Source: Alphaproteobacteria bacterium
Lineage (GTDB): Bacteria; Pseudomonadota; Alphaproteobacteria; SMXS01
Direction: 5' to 3'
DNA length: 64,000 bases
Assembly: GCA_030836535.1 (NCBI GenBank)
Contig: JAURPT010000127.1
Location: 75-64,074 of the forward strand
Of this stretch, positions 45,702 through 55,094 are shown in pieces. The notes beneath the pieces were generated by a model. That model saw nothing but the letters and a program-made list of their open reading frames with translations, ran no database searches and was not told the origin of the DNA. How positions within the stretch are numbered: position 1 is the stretch's first letter; every line of letters begins with the position of its first letter. The translations under genes were made by a program, and so were the position numbers.

Positions 45702-46616
45702 CTACTTGTTCAGGAAATTCAATGCCAAACCAGGTCGTTGCCACTTGGTAGCCACAAGACGACCCGTTGTTGACAGCGTCACAAACGCCGTTTCCAGATT
45801 ATCGCCTCCAAAACAGATATTGGTGGTCAGCACATCGTCGAACGGAAAGTGCTCAATGACCTGCCCTTCCGGTGACGAACTGGTGACACCGCCATTGATC
45901 AGCGTCGCCACACAAGCGTGGCCCTCGCAATCAACGGCCATGGAATCGAACATCTGGAAGCCTTCCAGCCCCATGACGAGACGCCCTGGCATCCCCACGG
46001 GGCGCTCAACAACACCGGGGGCAATGATATCCAGCGCCCAAAGGCGGCCTGTCCGCGTTTCCGCGAAATAGAGCACGTCTTCGTCCGGTGACAGCGAACA
46101 GCCGTTGGGCGTCAGCACGCCGGTGACAATCTCACGAATTTCACTGCCATCCGGCTTGGCATAGAACACCGCACCAATATCCATGTCGTATTCGCGGGTT
46201 TTGCCCAGGTCGGTGAAGTAGAAGCCCCCCGTCTTGTCGAAGACGATGTCATTGGGGCCTTTCAACTGACGTTCCCCGCAATGGGTATAGAGTGTCTGGA
46301 ATTCGCCTGTATCCGGGTTCACCCGCTGGATGGACCCGGTGACATAGTCATCGGCCTGGTGACCGGGCCGCAGACCGCCTTCCTTGCTTTCGCTCCACTG
46401 GAAGCCCCCATTGTTACAGACATAGATCCAGCCATCCGGCCCCAGGGCAGCGCCATTAGGTCCCCCACCCAGATCAGCAATCACTTCAATGTTGCCGCTG
46501 GTGTTGACCCGCGACAAGGTGCCGCGTTCAATCTCCACCAGAATGATGCTGCCATCCGGCATGGCGATGGGGCCTTCAGGAAAACGAAGACCCGATGCGA
46601 TTTCAGTAGCTTCCAT
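45702..46616 (-). CDS. SMP-30 / gluconolactonase / LRE-family beta-propeller hydrolase
   Basis: The N-terminus is LRFPEGPIAMPDGSIILVE and NG-containing blade motifs repeat along the sequence. 304 aa. Confidence 0.8.
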   Translation of the reverse strand: MEATEIASGLRFPEGPIAMPDGSIILVEIERGTLSRVNTSGNIEVIADLGGGPNGAALGPDGWIYVCNNGGFQWSESKEGGLRPGHQADDYVTGSIQRVNPDTGEFQTLYTHCGERQLKGPNDIVFDKTGGFYFTDLGKTREYDMDIGAVFYAKPDGSEIREIVTGVLTPNGCSLSPDEDVLYFAETRTGRLWALDIIAPGVVERPVGMPGRLVMGLEGFQMFDSMAVDCEGHACVATLINGGVTSSSPEGQVIEHFPFDDVLTTNICFGGDNLETAFVTLSTTGRLVATKWQRPGLALNFLNK

Positions 46617-46642
46617 AGCTCCCTCCCCCAGCGTTGTGCTTT

Positions 46643-46996
46643 CTATTTCGGACCGAAGCCAAGCTCTTCAAGATACCAGCCTGAGCTGACAATCTTCATG
46701 GAGCCATTATTCTCTTCACGCGCAGGGTAGGCGTTCGGGTCTGCCTGATACGCCCCCAGAGCTGCCTGCGCGGCCTCTGCATCTTCGCCTTCAAATTCAT
46801 AGATGGTCATGTAGCCACCTGGCGTGTCACCCATGAATTCCTTCACCGACTTGTAGCAGGTCACAGACTTCACCTTCGGGCAGTTGTAGGTGTCTTCGAC
46901 ATGGTTGCCGATATACCACTCGTTAAATGCCTCAATCAGATCTTCCGTTTCAGGCTCAACCATCCCGACCAGAACCAGCTTCTTGCTCATTGTCAT
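46643..46996 (-). CDS. Hypothetical small protein (117 aa), possibly a dimeric alpha/beta-barrel (EthD-like) fold
   Basis: It is a clean ORF between mobA and the SMP-30 gene on the same strand. The only hint is the pattern FNEWY..HVED...V....Y...YMTIYEF, so the family assignment is weak. Confidence 0.45.
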   Translation of the reverse strand: MTMSKKLVLVGMVEPETEDLIEAFNEWYIGNHVEDTYNCPKVKSVTCYKSVKEFMGDTPGGYMTIYEFEGEDAEAAQAALGAYQADPNAYPAREENNGSMKIVSSGWYLEELGFGPK

Positions 46997-47074
46997 TCTC
47001 CCTCGACAAATTGGATTTGAAAGTCGAAGAAAGCCTAGGCGAGGGTTTCGTCTTTTACAAGCAGGCGTGACGGC

Positions 47075-47689
47075 TCAACGCAATAGCGCTTCCAGCGCTG
47101 CGAGGTCATCAGGCGTATTAACATTGGCAAATGGATCTCCGGACCGGCCATCAAAAGGCACAGAGATGGCGTCAACCTCATGCAGCCACTGACCCATTTT
47201 ACGGTGACCCTGCACCAGAAACTCCTGGAGAGCCGGCAACAGGCTCATGTGGAATAGACCACAGGTTGGGTGCCTGCGCCCCCCACTTGTCGCCACCGCC
47301 GCCCTTGTCTTTTCATGGGTGGTCTCTTGCAGCCGGGCAACGAAGACATCCGGAAATAGCGGCGTATCTACGGCCATACAGGCCAGCCACTGAAAGTCAC
47401 GGTCGTCATCCAGCGCCCATTGCATTGCGCTGACCAACCCTACCAAGGGGCCTTCATAACCGGGCATGGAGTCTGGAATAACAGGCACGCTCCGTATTTC
47501 TGCGTCCTCATAGGCGCGGCTGGCACTGACGGCGAGGACATCAACCTGCGGCCCCAGGCGGTCCAGTGCATTGGCCAGCAGGGTGCGCCCATCAATTGAC
47601 AGGAGCGCTTTATCAGGCCCGCCCATACGGCGCGACTGACCGCCCGCCAGCACGATGCCCAGGACAAGGGGTGCCTGCTGATCGCTCAC
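47075..47689 (-). CDS. mobA: Molybdenum cofactor guanylyltransferase
   Basis: The diagnostic segment is LGIVLAGGQSRRMGGPDKALL. 204 aa with a MobA-like nucleotidyltransferase core. Confidence 0.85.
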   Translation of the reverse strand: MSDQQAPLVLGIVLAGGQSRRMGGPDKALLSIDGRTLLANALDRLGPQVDVLAVSASRAYEDAEIRSVPVIPDSMPGYEGPLVGLVSAMQWALDDDRDFQWLACMAVDTPLFPDVFVARLQETTHEKTRAAVATSGGRRHPTCGLFHMSLLPALQEFLVQGHRKMGQWLHEVDAISVPFDGRSGDPFANVNTPDDLAALEALLR

Positions 47690-47765
47690 GATATATTTGC
47701 CTCTTTATTTCCCATTCCGACACTCTAAGATGGCGCTAGTTTTGAACCAAGGACCGATCGCACCC

Positions 47766-48308
47766 ATGTCAGCAAAAGGTCAGCGCCCCGTAATGGGCAT
47801 TATCGGCTGGAAGAACAGCGGCAAAACCACGCTTGTTGTTGCCCTCGTGCGGGAACTGACAGCACGCGGTTTTCGGGTTGCCACCGTCAAGCACGCCCAT
47901 CATGCATTTGATATCGACCAGCCTGGTAAGGACAGCTACCAGCACCGGGAGGCCGGGGCGCAGGATGTGATTGTGTCCTCCGGCGCGCGTTGGGCACATA
48001 TGCATGAAATTCGCAATGAGGACGAACCGGAACTGGACGATCTGTTGCCGCGTATCCCGATCGAGACGGATATCATCATTGTTGAAGGCTTCAAGCGCGA
48101 TGCCCACCCGAAGATTGAGGTTATCCCACCCGACTTTGAAGGCACGCCCCTGGCACTGGAAGACGACCAAATTGTTGCCATTGCCAGCGATTCTGATTCA
48201 CTGCCTGAAGTAAGCGTCCCGGTGATGGGCCGTTCCACACCCATTGAGGTCGCCGACTTCATTATCGACTTTCTTAACTTGCCCGCATCGGGTCCGCATG
48301 CTCAGTGA
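47766..48308 (+). CDS. mobB: Molybdopterin-guanine dinucleotide biosynthesis adaptor protein B
   Basis: The P-loop is GWKNSGKTTL. It also shows VATVKHAHH and the IIVEGFK motif. I trimmed the ORF-track start to ATG 47766. Confidence 0.85.
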   Translation: MSAKGQRPVMGIIGWKNSGKTTLVVALVRELTARGFRVATVKHAHHAFDIDQPGKDSYQHREAGAQDVIVSSGARWAHMHEIRNEDEPELDDLLPRIPIETDIIIVEGFKRDAHPKIEVIPPDFEGTPLALEDDQIVAIASDSDSLPEVSVPVMGRSTPIEVADFIIDFLNLPASGPHAQ

Positions 48309-48759
48309 CCTCTACACAAAGGATGTGCTGAAAGCCGCTGCCGGTATTTCGCGCACCGGGCGGCTTGATGCGGCGCAGGCAACAAGCGCCCGTCTGTCGC
48401 CCGTCTGTGGCAGCAAAATCACCATAGACTTGCAGATGGAAGGCGACACAGTCTCAGACTATGCTCAGGATATTGAAGCCTGCGCACTGGGCCAGGCCGC
48501 AGCCTCACTACTGGCCAAAAAGGTCATTGGGCTGCAGCCGTCCGAAGTTCAGCAGGGTGCAGGCCTCGTCCACCGTATGCTGGTCAATGGCGCGCCGATC
48601 GAGGGCAACTGGCAAGATTTCAACATTCTGGCACAGGTCCACGACCACAAAGCGAGGCATGGGGCCGTGATGTTGGCGCTCGAGGCAACACTGGCCGCCT
48701 GTGCGGAGATCACTGGTACAGATTATCTGGGAAACACGGCCCTGACACGGGCCGCATAA
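48298..48759 (+). CDS. IscU/NifU-N-like iron-sulfur cluster scaffold family protein
   Basis: The pattern LY.K.V......P...G.L.......A....SPVCGSKI.IDL....D.V.D...D.EACALGQAAAS fits the scaffold family. ATG 48298 overlaps the mobB 3' end by 11 nt. Confidence 0.7.
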   Translation: MLSDLYTKDVLKAAAGISRTGRLDAAQATSARLSPVCGSKITIDLQMEGDTVSDYAQDIEACALGQAAASLLAKKVIGLQPSEVQQGAGLVHRMLVNGAPIEGNWQDFNILAQVHDHKARHGAVMLALEATLAACAEITGTDYLGNTALTRAA

Positions 48760-48768
48760 AAACGTTGT

Positions 48769-49017
48769 CTAGTGCTTGCGCGCAGCAACGACCAAGACAT
48801 CGATTGTCTCTTCGCCCAGGGCTTTGGCCGCTTCCAGCCGATGAATACCTTTCACCAGCACATAACGGCCCTTACCCTTGCGCACCTGGATGGGAGAGAC
48901 GTCGTCATCCCCCATAAGGTCCTCCGCTGCGAGGTCTATTTTTGCTTCGTCCAGCTCTTTACGCTTTGCTGCTGGCACATAAATATCGGCGATGGGGACC
49001 GGAACAGGTTTCAACAT
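48769..49017 (-). CDS. Small ParB/Srx-fold (ParB N-terminal domain-like) protein
   Basis: 82 aa. The segment PIQVRKGKGRYVLVKGIHRLEAAKALGEETIDVLVV matches the ParB N-domain core pattern (...y.l..G.HRl.A...lG...i...). Confidence 0.55.
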   Translation of the reverse strand: MLKPVPVPIADIYVPAAKRKELDEAKIDLAAEDLMGDDDVSPIQVRKGKGRYVLVKGIHRLEAAKALGEETIDVLVVAARKH

Positions 49018-49051
49018 GTTGGTGTCTCCATCGCCAATTCAGGTGGCCGGG

Positions 49052-50662
49052 CTAGCTGACGCGACGGTCGTAGCCTTCCCAATACGGTTCACGCATTTCG
49101 TTCTTGAGGAGCTTACCCATGCCAGAACGCAGCAATTCATCACGGAACTCGATGGATTTAGGTACTTTGTAGCCGGCAATCCGTTCACGCACGAACATGA
49201 TCAGTTCGTCTTCCTTCAGGGTAGAGCCTTCACGCAACACGACCAGCGCCTTGACCTCTTCGCCCCAACGTTCGCTGGGCACGCCGATGACGCAAACATC
49301 TTCCACGTCGTCATGGTCGAAGACGGCACTTTCCACTTCAGCGGAGTAGATGTTTTCACCGCCGGAGACGATCATGTCTTTCAGGCGATCCTGAATATAG
49401 AGGAAGCCTTCCTCGTCCATCATGCCGGCATCACCGGAATAGTACCAACCTTCATCATCGATGACCTTGGCGCTTTCCTCAGGCTGCTTGTAATAGCCTT
49501 TCATCAGGCCCAGCGACTTGATGGCGATCTCGCCAGTCGTGCGGGCAGGCAATTCTTCGCGTGTTTCCGGGTCAACGATCTTCAGCTCGGTAAACAGCAT
49601 GGCATTCCCGCAAGACTTCATGCGCTCGCCGCCTTCCATGTCATGGTCGGGTGGATCAAGCGTGGTGGCACCACCACCAATTTCAGTCATGCCGTACATC
49701 TGCATAAAGTTGCAGCCCAGCACCTCAACGGCTTCGCGCATAAGCTCAAGCGGAATGGGCGAGGCGCCATAGGTAATCATGCGAATGGATTTGAACCCGT
49801 CATCGCCATTCTTGGTGCGCTCCAACACAATCTGCAGCACGGCGGGCACGACAAACATGGAAGAAATGCCGTATTGGCGCACGGCGTCAAATACCCGCTC
49901 CTGGTCGAAGTCAGGATGGATCACCAAAGTGCCACCGCCACGCGCGTTCTGGAACGTTGCGCCATTGCCGGAGAGGTGGAAGTTCGGGCTGATCGTAAGC
50001 GAAATGGCATTTTCGTCCACTTCCATCCAGGTGCCTTTCAGCGAGTCGAGAATTTCCTGACTGGGGGGCTCATCACCCCATGCAGCAAAGACACCTTCAT
50101 TGGTCAGCATCACGCCCTTGGGACGGCCAGTGGTACCCGACGTATAAAGCTGGAAGCAGACATCCTGCCGGTCAACCGGGACCATAGGGTCGGTCGTATC
50201 CTGGCTATCGCGCCAAGCTTCGAAGTTCGGCCACTCGTCAGTCTGGCCTTCCAGAACAAAGACATGTTCCAGCTTGGGCAACTGGTCGCGGATGGACTTG
50301 ATGGCACCGATATATTCTTCACTGACGAACAGGACGCGCGCGTCACAATGGTCGACAATGAACTGGATTTCGGGTGCGGCCAGACGCCAGTTTACCGGTG
50401 TCCAAACCGTGTTGGATTTGCCGGTACCCATTTGCAGCTGTGCGTGCAGGTCGCTGTTCTTGCCCAGAAAGGCGACGCGTTCCTGCGGCTTGATGCCCAG
50501 GGCGATCAGGCCATTGGCCACCTGCGACGCATAGGTGTCGTATTGCGCATAATTGGTTTCACGGTCTTCATAGATCGTGGCAATTCTTTCGGGCTGGCGC
50601 TCAGCATGGTAGCGCGTGCAATCTCCGACATTGAGGATCTTCTTCTGCTTGTATTCAGTCAT
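49052..50662 (-). CDS. AMP-dependent acyl-CoA synthetase (fatty-acid-CoA ligase family)
   Basis: AMP-binding motifs are LYTSGTTGRPKGVMLT, QMYGMTE and SGDAGMMDEEGFLYIQDRLKDMIVSGGENIY. 536 aa. Confidence 0.9.
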   Translation of the reverse strand: MTEYKQKKILNVGDCTRYHAERQPERIATIYEDRETNYAQYDTYASQVANGLIALGIKPQERVAFLGKNSDLHAQLQMGTGKSNTVWTPVNWRLAAPEIQFIVDHCDARVLFVSEEYIGAIKSIRDQLPKLEHVFVLEGQTDEWPNFEAWRDSQDTTDPMVPVDRQDVCFQLYTSGTTGRPKGVMLTNEGVFAAWGDEPPSQEILDSLKGTWMEVDENAISLTISPNFHLSGNGATFQNARGGGTLVIHPDFDQERVFDAVRQYGISSMFVVPAVLQIVLERTKNGDDGFKSIRMITYGASPIPLELMREAVEVLGCNFMQMYGMTEIGGGATTLDPPDHDMEGGERMKSCGNAMLFTELKIVDPETREELPARTTGEIAIKSLGLMKGYYKQPEESAKVIDDEGWYYSGDAGMMDEEGFLYIQDRLKDMIVSGGENIYSAEVESAVFDHDDVEDVCVIGVPSERWGEEVKALVVLREGSTLKEDELIMFVRERIAGYKVPKSIEFRDELLRSGMGKLLKNEMREPYWEGYDRRVS

Positions 50663-50822
50663 TTTGACGTTGGTCTCCCCGGTGGGCGCCGCTTCCCCAG
50701 CGGCATGAATGTGTTGGCATGATTGTTAGCACCTTGAACACAGATGCAACAAGCGTAACATCGCGTCAAATGACAATCACCGCACGGAATGAGCGCCTTG
50801 GGCCTCTGGAATCGAGAACTCT

Positions 50823-51797
50823 ATGAAAATACTTGCCTATCAACTCTCTTATGACCGCGTCCGGGAACGGTTGGAAGCCATCAGTGCAGATATTACCCCC
50901 GTGCTGCTGCAACCCGACGGCACAGTTCAGGAAAACGGCAAGCCTATTGATTCGGAAGATGTCTCCTTCGACATCGCCTGGGCGTCGAGTGAGTTGTTCC
51001 TGCACGGCCCCTCACGAGAGGCCTTTCGTTTCCTTCAGAACAGTGAAAGCCTGAAATGGTTCCAATCCGGTGCCGCTGGGTTTGATCACCCCGTTTTCAG
51101 CCGTGTTGCCGAAGGCGGCACCATCATGACCCGCAGTGATGCACAGGGGGTTTCCATCGCCGAATATGTGCTGGCGCGCGTGCTGGAAGTGGTGCGCCTG
51201 ACGGAAGAAAGCCGACAGCTACAAGCTGAAAGCAAGTGGCAGCGCCAGTTCTTTGGCGACATCTACGGCACCACCTGGTTGATTATCGGTATGGGGGCCA
51301 TTGGCAACGCCACCGCAGAACGCGCCAAAGCGTTCGGCACCAAAGTCATCGGCGTGCGACGCAGTCCTACCGGGGAAGAAGCCGCCGACCTGATGATCCA
51401 CCCGGATGATGTCCCCGCGCATTTGCCAGAGGCAGACATCGTTGTCCTGACCACGCCACTGACGGAAGAAACGCATCACATGGTCAACCCAGACTTTCTG
51501 GGGCGCATGAAAGAAGGCGCGATCTTCGTCAATGTCGGGCGCGGTGGTCTGGTTGATGAAGCAGCCCTGCTGGACAGCCTGCCCAACAGGAAGCCGGCCA
51601 CGGCTATACTTGATGTGTTTGAAACCGAACCCCTGCCCGAGGACAGCCCCCTATGGCAGCGCGATCAGGTGCTGATCACCTCCCATTGTTCTGCCGAATC
51701 ATGGATGACCTGGGCGCGGGGTGATGATCTGTTCGTCGAAAACTTTGGCCACTATGTACGGGGTGAACCGATGCGGCTGAAAGTCGACTTTGACTAA
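50823..51797 (+). CDS. D-isomer-specific 2-hydroxyacid dehydrogenase family, NAD(P)-binding
   Basis: The Rossmann motif is IIGMGAIGNATAERAKAFGTKVIGVRR. The VNVGRGGLVDE block and a C-terminal catalytic His context (ITSH) are present. Confidence 0.85.
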   Translation: MKILAYQLSYDRVRERLEAISADITPVLLQPDGTVQENGKPIDSEDVSFDIAWASSELFLHGPSREAFRFLQNSESLKWFQSGAAGFDHPVFSRVAEGGTIMTRSDAQGVSIAEYVLARVLEVVRLTEESRQLQAESKWQRQFFGDIYGTTWLIIGMGAIGNATAERAKAFGTKVIGVRRSPTGEEAADLMIHPDDVPAHLPEADIVVLTTPLTEETHHMVNPDFLGRMKEGAIFVNVGRGGLVDEAALLDSLPNRKPATAILDVFETEPLPEDSPLWQRDQVLITSHCSAESWMTWARGDDLFVENFGHYVRGEPMRLKVDFD

Positions 51798-51799
51798 AG

Positions 51800-53476
51800 C
51801 TACGCCTTGCCGTGGCGCAACAGCTTGCCTGGCAGGGCTTCATCGTCACCGATCTGGTCTTCGCCATGTTCACGTAAAATGGTGCCATTGACGATCACAG
51901 CGTCGATGCCAGACGCTTCTGATACCAGTCGGTCCGCACCAGCCGGGAAGTCATAAACCCGTTGCAGTGGGCCTGCGCCCACGGTTTCAAGGTCGAACAC
52001 CACGACATCAGCGGGCCAGCCTTCTGCCAGCTTGCCGCGATCCTTGATGCCCATGACCTCTGCCGGACGAGTCGTCAGCATCCGCACGGCTTCTTCCACC
52101 GGCAGCGTGCCCTTCTCACGCACCCAAACCTGCAACAGGTCGGTTGCCTGACAGGCATCACACAGCTGGCTGTTATGGGCACCCGCGTCAGACAGGCCGA
52201 GCACAGTGTTCTTGTCTTTCAGCAGTTCCTCAACCTCTATCTGGTCATGATTCAGCATGGCGACGCGGAATTTGGCCTTCAGGTCGGTCTTCAGCGCCAG
52301 GTCCATGGAATAGTCCAGCGGCGTTTCGCCATGTTCAGCGGCCACTTCCACCAGCGGTCGTTCATTTTCACTGGGGTCCAGCGGATTATGGGAAATCACC
52401 GCATTTTCTTTCCACTCCGCCATGTAAGGTAGCAGCGTTCCCTCAAAGTGCTGGCGGAAGGCAGGTTTCTTGTAGGCTTCGATTCGATTGTCGCGGTTGC
52501 CATCGCGCAGCAATTCATTGAACGGTGGCAGCATCTCGAAAATCATTGGATTTTCGTAATCGAATTCAAAGAAGGTCGGGCGATTTGTCACCTGCGGTGA
52601 GACCTCTATGCCCTGTTCCTTCAGCTCTGCCACTTTGTCCAGGTAGGGCCGGTGTGATCCCGGGCCCAACATACCACCCAACAGGGCCGTCCAGGTCACG
52701 CGGGAGCCTGTGTTTTTGTTGAAGCGGCCCATCATGTCGAGGTCCGAATCTTCCACCCCGTGGTTTACCTGCAGGGTGCCGTCGGCAGCACCCACAGGTG
52801 TTGCCAGTGCCTGTACTTCCATTTCAGAGGCGAGGCGCGACGGGACCGGGTTACCGGCAAAACTGTTATGCACTTCAGACTGGGACGTACCCAAGCCAAG
52901 AGCACCGATGTCCATAGCTTCCTGCATCAGGCGGACCATTTCGTCTTGCTCTTCGGGGGTAGCGGCCCGCTTCACTGAATCTTCGCCCATCACATAAAGC
53001 CGCAGCGCCGTATGGCCCACGAGGACGCCGACATTGATGGCCGTGCCATTCTTTTCGATGACGTCCATATATTCCGGGAAGGTCTCGAACGGCCAATCCT
53101 TGCCCATGCCTTCGGCCATGGCGTCGTAAGACATACCTTCCACAATCTTGAGGGTCTCGAGGATCAGCTCGCGATGTTCGGGCCGCGTTGGAGCAACACC
53201 AAAGCCGCAATTACCCATGATCACTGTCGTCACCCCATGCCAGGGCGAGATGGTGAGCATCCGGTCCCACATGATCTGGGCGTCATAGTGTGTATGAATA
53301 TCGACAAAACCGGGGGAGACGATCTTGCCCGTGGCATCGACCACCCGATCCGCATCATCTTCCGCCACACCGAGCGCGACAATCTGGCCATCCTTGATGC
53401 CAACATCGCCGACATAACCGGGTACACCTGTACCATCGACAATGGTGCCACCAGTGATTTTGATATCGTAAGACAT
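51800..53476 (-). CDS. Amidohydrolase-superfamily N-acyl-D-amino-acid deacylase (D-aminoacylase) family
   Basis: The N-terminus is ITGGTIVDGTG...GFVDIHTHYD, with the metal-binding HxH. It has the D-aminoacylase-type insertion and a C-terminal barrel. I trimmed the start to ATG 53476, which has a GGGAGGA SD. Confidence 0.8.
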   Translation of the reverse strand: MSYDIKITGGTIVDGTGVPGYVGDVGIKDGQIVALGVAEDDADRVVDATGKIVSPGFVDIHTHYDAQIMWDRMLTISPWHGVTTVIMGNCGFGVAPTRPEHRELILETLKIVEGMSYDAMAEGMGKDWPFETFPEYMDVIEKNGTAINVGVLVGHTALRLYVMGEDSVKRAATPEEQDEMVRLMQEAMDIGALGLGTSQSEVHNSFAGNPVPSRLASEMEVQALATPVGAADGTLQVNHGVEDSDLDMMGRFNKNTGSRVTWTALLGGMLGPGSHRPYLDKVAELKEQGIEVSPQVTNRPTFFEFDYENPMIFEMLPPFNELLRDGNRDNRIEAYKKPAFRQHFEGTLLPYMAEWKENAVISHNPLDPSENERPLVEVAAEHGETPLDYSMDLALKTDLKAKFRVAMLNHDQIEVEELLKDKNTVLGLSDAGAHNSQLCDACQATDLLQVWVREKGTLPVEEAVRMLTTRPAEVMGIKDRGKLAEGWPADVVVFDLETVGAGPLQRVYDFPAGADRLVSEASGIDAVIVNGTILREHGEDQIGDDEALPGKLLRHGKA

Positions 53477-53606
53477 GCGATCCTCCCTCAATTCCCGTTT
53501 TCTGCACATATGCTGAATCGGCGCTAAAGGTCAAGCGTGCAGGTTGACGGGGCACCAGCAGCAGACCACAATGCGGCCAAATGACCAGACATCTCAGGAG
53601 AAGCCC

Positions 53607-54413
53607 GTGAGCTCGACAACCTCCATTGCCATGAAGACGCAGAACCAGACCGATCTACCCCCGTTCAGCCGTGCAACCTGTTCTGATGAAGAATGGGAAA
53701 CACGCGTTGCCTTGGCAGCCACCTATCGACTCATTGCCCATTATGGCTGGGACGACCTGATCTATACGCACATTTCTGCCCGCGTGCCGGGGCCGGAACA
53801 TCACTTCCTGATCAACCCCTACGGGCTGATGTTTGAAGAAATTACCGCGTCCAGCCTCGTGAAGGTCGATATTGAGGGTAAAGCCGTTGTAGCCACCGAT
53901 CACCCGATCAACGCGGCGGGCTTTACCATCCACAGTGCCATGCACGCCCATAGCCCGGATGCAAACTGCGTGATCCATACCCATACGGATGACGGCCTTG
54001 CTGTTGCTGCCCAGAAGCATGGCCTGTTGCCGCTGTCGCAAACCGCCATGCTGATGTTGGAAGACATCGCCTATCATGACTATGAAGGCGTGGCCCTGAA
54101 CCTGGAAGAACGTGAACGCCTGTTGGAAGACATGGGCGACAAGCACCTGATGATCCTGCGTAATCACGGTAATCTGACCGTCGGCAAGAACTGCTCTGAT
54201 GCGTTCCTGCGTATGTATTATCTGGAGCGCGCCTGTACCGCACAGGTGAAGGCTCTGTCTGCCGGGCATGAAAATTTGAACCTACCGAACCAGGGTGTGC
54301 CGGAATTCACCGCCAGCCAGGGCAGCCGTTCCTTCGACCAGGGCAGAGAAGGCCCGGCATGGTTTGCCCTGCTGCGCCTGCTGGACCGAACCAATCCTGG
54401 CTACGACGCCTAA
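53607..54413 (+). CDS. Class II aldolase / adducin N-terminal domain family protein
   Basis: Diagnostic segments are YGWDDLIYTHISARVP and the metal-binding VIHTHTDDG...AYHDYEG. My preferred start is GTG 53607 with AGGAG 6 nt upstream. The ORF track starts at 53544. Confidence 0.8.
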   Translation: MSSTTSIAMKTQNQTDLPPFSRATCSDEEWETRVALAATYRLIAHYGWDDLIYTHISARVPGPEHHFLINPYGLMFEEITASSLVKVDIEGKAVVATDHPINAAGFTIHSAMHAHSPDANCVIHTHTDDGLAVAAQKHGLLPLSQTAMLMLEDIAYHDYEGVALNLEERERLLEDMGDKHLMILRNHGNLTVGKNCSDAFLRMYYLERACTAQVKALSAGHENLNLPNQGVPEFTASQGSRSFDQGREGPAWFALLRLLDRTNPGYDA

Positions 54414-54433
54414 GCAGAGAGCAGACCAAAGCC

Positions 54434-55063
54434 ATGGACGTTATCGAGGCAATGAATTCCTGCCGGGCGATCCGGTATTTCAAAACGGACCCGATTCCCG
54501 ATGAAACGCTGGAAGGGCTCATTCACGCGGCAACGCGTGCGCCCAACCCCGGCAATTCGCAGGGGTGGGAATTCATCATTCTAACGGACAGGGAAATCAA
54601 AGCCGCTCTCTCCGAGTCCATCTCACAGGTTATCGGCGGCACGGTTGAGGCACTTGAAGAATTGGGCGGCGGGCTCGAGTCGCTCGACCCGGTTGACCGA
54701 CGCATGCTGCAGGGAGCCCAGCACCTCGCTGGGTCGCTCGCCGATGTACCGGCGATCATTCTGGTCTGTGGGCGCAAGATTTACCCACCCATGGAGCCGC
54801 AAGAATCTTTCGTATGGTCAACCTGCTACCCCGCCGCACAGAACATTCTGCTGGCCGCCCGCCAGCAGGGCATTGGCTCCTGCTTCACGACGTTCCAACA
54901 AACGTGTGAGCCACAGTTACGCGAACTGCTGAATATCCCGGATGACATCTATGTCTGCGCCTTTATCCCGCTCGGCTACCCGGACACGGACAAGGTCAAT
55001 TTCGGCCCGCTAGCCCGCAAGCCGATTGAAGAGGTGATCCACCGCAACGGCTGGGAAGGCTAA
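54434..55063 (+). CDS. Nitroreductase-family (FMN) protein
   Basis: Nitroreductase fold blocks are SCRAIRYFKTDPIPDETLEGLIHAATRAPNPGNSQGWEFI and NILLAARQQGIGSC. I trimmed the start to ATG 54434. Confidence 0.8.
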   Translation: MDVIEAMNSCRAIRYFKTDPIPDETLEGLIHAATRAPNPGNSQGWEFIILTDREIKAALSESISQVIGGTVEALEELGGGLESLDPVDRRMLQGAQHLAGSLADVPAIILVCGRKIYPPMEPQESFVWSTCYPAAQNILLAARQQGIGSCFTTFQQTCEPQLRELLNIPDDIYVCAFIPLGYPDTDKVNFGPLARKPIEEVIHRNGWEG

Positions 55064-55094
55064 GCCCCCACGCGTTTTTGGTGGGCAGTAGTGG

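Noticed and set aside
48992-50722. A 576-aa ORF on the plus strand, longer than any neighbouring gene
   Set aside because: It lies entirely antisense to the well-supported acyl-CoA synthetase gene (49052..50662). By coordinates, its codons are the exact reverse complement of that gene's codons. Its stops would therefore correspond to TTA, CTA or TCA sense codons, which the real gene simply avoids. Its translation is low-complexity (G/H/A/V/F-rich) with no motifs. It is a shadow ORF.
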